Below are positions 60,605 through 64,000 of a stretch of 64,000 nucleotides of DNA, in pieces (within the stretch, counting starts at the first letter, position 1; each line of letters starts with the position of its first letter). Made by a program: the position numbers and the translations under genes. Under the pieces are notes generated by a model that had not been told where the DNA came from, did no database searches, and saw only the letters and a list, made by a program, of their open reading frames with translations. Origin of the DNA: the human T2T-CHM13v2.0 reference genome, Homo sapiens. Location: the NCBI RefSeq assembly GCF_009914755.1, contig NC_060942.1; one strand, written 5' to 3'.

Positions 60605-61148
60605 GATACTATCATTGATGTTGATACACAAGCATTTCAAGTCTTGCATTCTTTGTTTAATAAATTTGCAAGGCCAAGTAAGGAATGCCTAATGCAGTTT
60701 GTTTAAGAAAACCCGGTTAGTGGTTTAGACAGATGCTTTCTGGAATAACATCCAGTGATGTGACTGGAACGCTATGAAATATTTTACACATAAAATGAAT
60801 ACTTCGGCATTGAAAGTCAATATCTGTTGTGAGTGGTTATCATCTAGTGGTTAGTTTGAAGAGTTTGGAATTAGAGTAGTTCATTCCAGATGAGTGTATC
60901 ATTCCTCAATGAAGAAGCAGGAGCAGGGAAGTTTACACAGATCTAAATGTGTTGTGTTCTGGCTTTGTCTCAGGTTGGTTAAAAAAAAAAGCACAGCTCA
61001 CTTCTTTGTAGCACATGCCATATGCAAAAAGTAGACATTGCCAAAAAGAGAACTGGCAAAGAGAAGAGACTTTGCTAGAAGAGAACTGCCTTATCTTCAA
61101 AGGCAAATAATATTTCATTGCATCCCACAAAAGATTCTTGACATTTTA

Positions 61149-62074
<926 letters not shown>

Positions 62075-62458
62075 TTACTTAGCAGGTACATATATATGTA
62101 TATATATATATATATTTATCTCCTATTAAAGATTGTGCCTTTACTTCAAGTAACTGTGAGAATTGAACAATAGCATATACCTAAGTGAATTTAGTACTAG
62201 CGAGTGTTTTATCTTTTTAAAACAATAAAAATTAAGCCAAATGGCAAATAGTCAATTACGTCTACTTTAAAATTAAGCAAAAGTATATATATATGTTAAA
62301 TATAAATTTAATTTGGAAGAAGACATATATATATCCTTTAAAACTAAGCAAAAGTCTATATATTGGTTAAATATGCAGAGACCAATAACAGATTTTGCTT
62401 AATTTTAAAGGCTATACATATATTTACATATATTTATATATAAATATATATTATATAT

Positions 62459-62760
62459 TATACGTATAATATATAATATATATTAATAATATATTATACA
62501 TTATATGTATAATATATAATATATATTAATAATATATTATACATTATATGTATAATATATAATATGTATTAATAATATATTATACATTATATGTATAATA
62601 TATAATATGTATTAATAATATATTATACAATATATGTATAATATATAATATGTATTAATAATATATTATACATATATTGTATAATATATAATATATATTA
62701 ATAATATATTATACATTATATGTATAATATATGAATATATATTAATATATATTATACATA
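62459..62760. repeat. AT-rich minisatellite, 43-bp period, about 7 copies
   Basis: gtataat recurs at 62464, 62507, 62550, 62593, 62636, 62679, 62722. Confidence 0.93.
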
Positions 62761-62984
62761 TAATATATAAATATATATTTTAACTTTTAGAAGCTGAAAT
62801 TATCAAAGAAATAAAAATAAATATATGAAAAATATGAAGTATATTAATCTCTGGCAAGTCAATATCGAAGAGTTTAGGCTTTTGTGTATGTAATTTACAT
62901 TCACATTTAAACTATTTTGTTTAGCTAGTGGTGGTTTTACACTTAGGACCCTCATTTTTACATCTTTTTTTCTGCTAATATGTC

Positions 62985-63455
62985 AAAAATATATAATATA
63001 TATTTTATATATTAATATATAATACATATTTATATACAAATATATGTTATATATAAAATATATAATGTAATATATATTTTATATATTAATATAATATATA
63101 AAATATATAATGTAATATATATTTTATATATTAATATAATATATAAAATATATAATGTAATATATATTTTATATATTAATATAATATGTAAAATATATAT
63201 AATATATATAATATATATTATATTAATATATAAAATATATACAATATATATTATATATAATATATATATAATATATATAATATATATTATATATAATATA
63301 TATATAATATATATAATATATATTATATATAATATATATATAATATATATAATATATATTATATATAATATATATATAATATATATATTTCATATATATC
63401 ATATATATAATATATATATTATATATATTTTTATATATATTATATATATATACAC
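62985..63455. repeat. AT-rich compound minisatellite (45-bp then 36-bp units)
   Basis: gtaat at 63067, 63112, 63157; 12-aa periodicity of the 63223-63492 ORF gives the 36-bp unit. Confidence 0.9.
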
Positions 63456-63794
63456 ATATGCCTCCCAAGTTTTGGTGATGGGTAATGGCCAATTATGTTG
63501 GATTAATGCAATGAGAAACACTTGGAAAGCAGAAGCAGTTTTTTAAAAAGCAATAAAAAAAATCACACTTTGTATGATTATAAAAACATATTTAAAAAGT
63601 ATCTCCTGTGTGAGTTTCTTGCATTCCTGTTCCCTACCTTGTGTATTCATTGAAGAAAAGTCTTCGTTCTCACCATTATTAAATGAAAGACGGTATTCTG
63701 TAGTGCTGAGCCAACATAAATGAATAATGAAAAATTACAGAACCAGAGACGACTTAAGTTTGTAGGAACCTTAGGGAACATCCAATTCAGCCTA

Positions 63795-63995
63795 CATGGT
63801 GTAATGGTTAAGAGCAAGGGCTCTAAACTCAACTGTGTTCAAATCTTATCTTCTCTTTCCTACCTCTTTCCCTTTCAAGAGGAATACATCGTCTTTGCTT
63901 TGGCTTCATCTGTAAAATTTAGATAATCATTGTGTATAGCTTCAGAATTCTTGGGTTGCTTAAATGAGTATAGCACCAAGCATGTAGCATATATC
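63795..63995 (+). mobile_element. MIR
   Basis: gtgtaatggttaagagcaagggctct..ttcatctgtaaaat..taaatgag. Confidence 0.75.
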
Positions 63996-64000
63996 TCATA

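Noticed and set aside
62459-63455. Regular repeats as a CRISPR-like array or Tyr/Ile-rich ORF
   Set aside because: No unique spacers and no cas genes; eukaryotic AT minisatellite whose ORF is an artefact

Overview
Human genomic DNA: a human-specific-type AluYb8 lies at 56398-56693. The window is AT-rich, dominated by transposon fossils, and intergenic or deep-intronic. I find no supportable protein-coding gene; the only ORFs with recognisable protein similarity are decayed LINE-1 ORF2 fragments, and the rest are Alu/LTR/microsatellite read-throughs. Layout: 1-6 kb old L1 with Alus; 6-18 kb MIR/L2, DNA transposons and a minus-strand L1; 18.6-49 kb a dense cluster of about 15 ERV1 solo LTRs plus a full-length THE1A, with deep nesting; 50-56 kb mostly unique DNA with plus-strand splice signals and a weakly CpG-retaining candidate first exon; 59-63.5 kb TA-rich repeats, palindromes and local duplications. 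I do not see evidence for a new biological system. The most notable observations are repeated template-switch-type rearrangement scars, a candidate recursive splice site with nearby exons, the LTR cluster and the young AluYb8. Repeat family names come from recalled consensus sequences, not a database search. Boundaries without a stated TSD are approximate.
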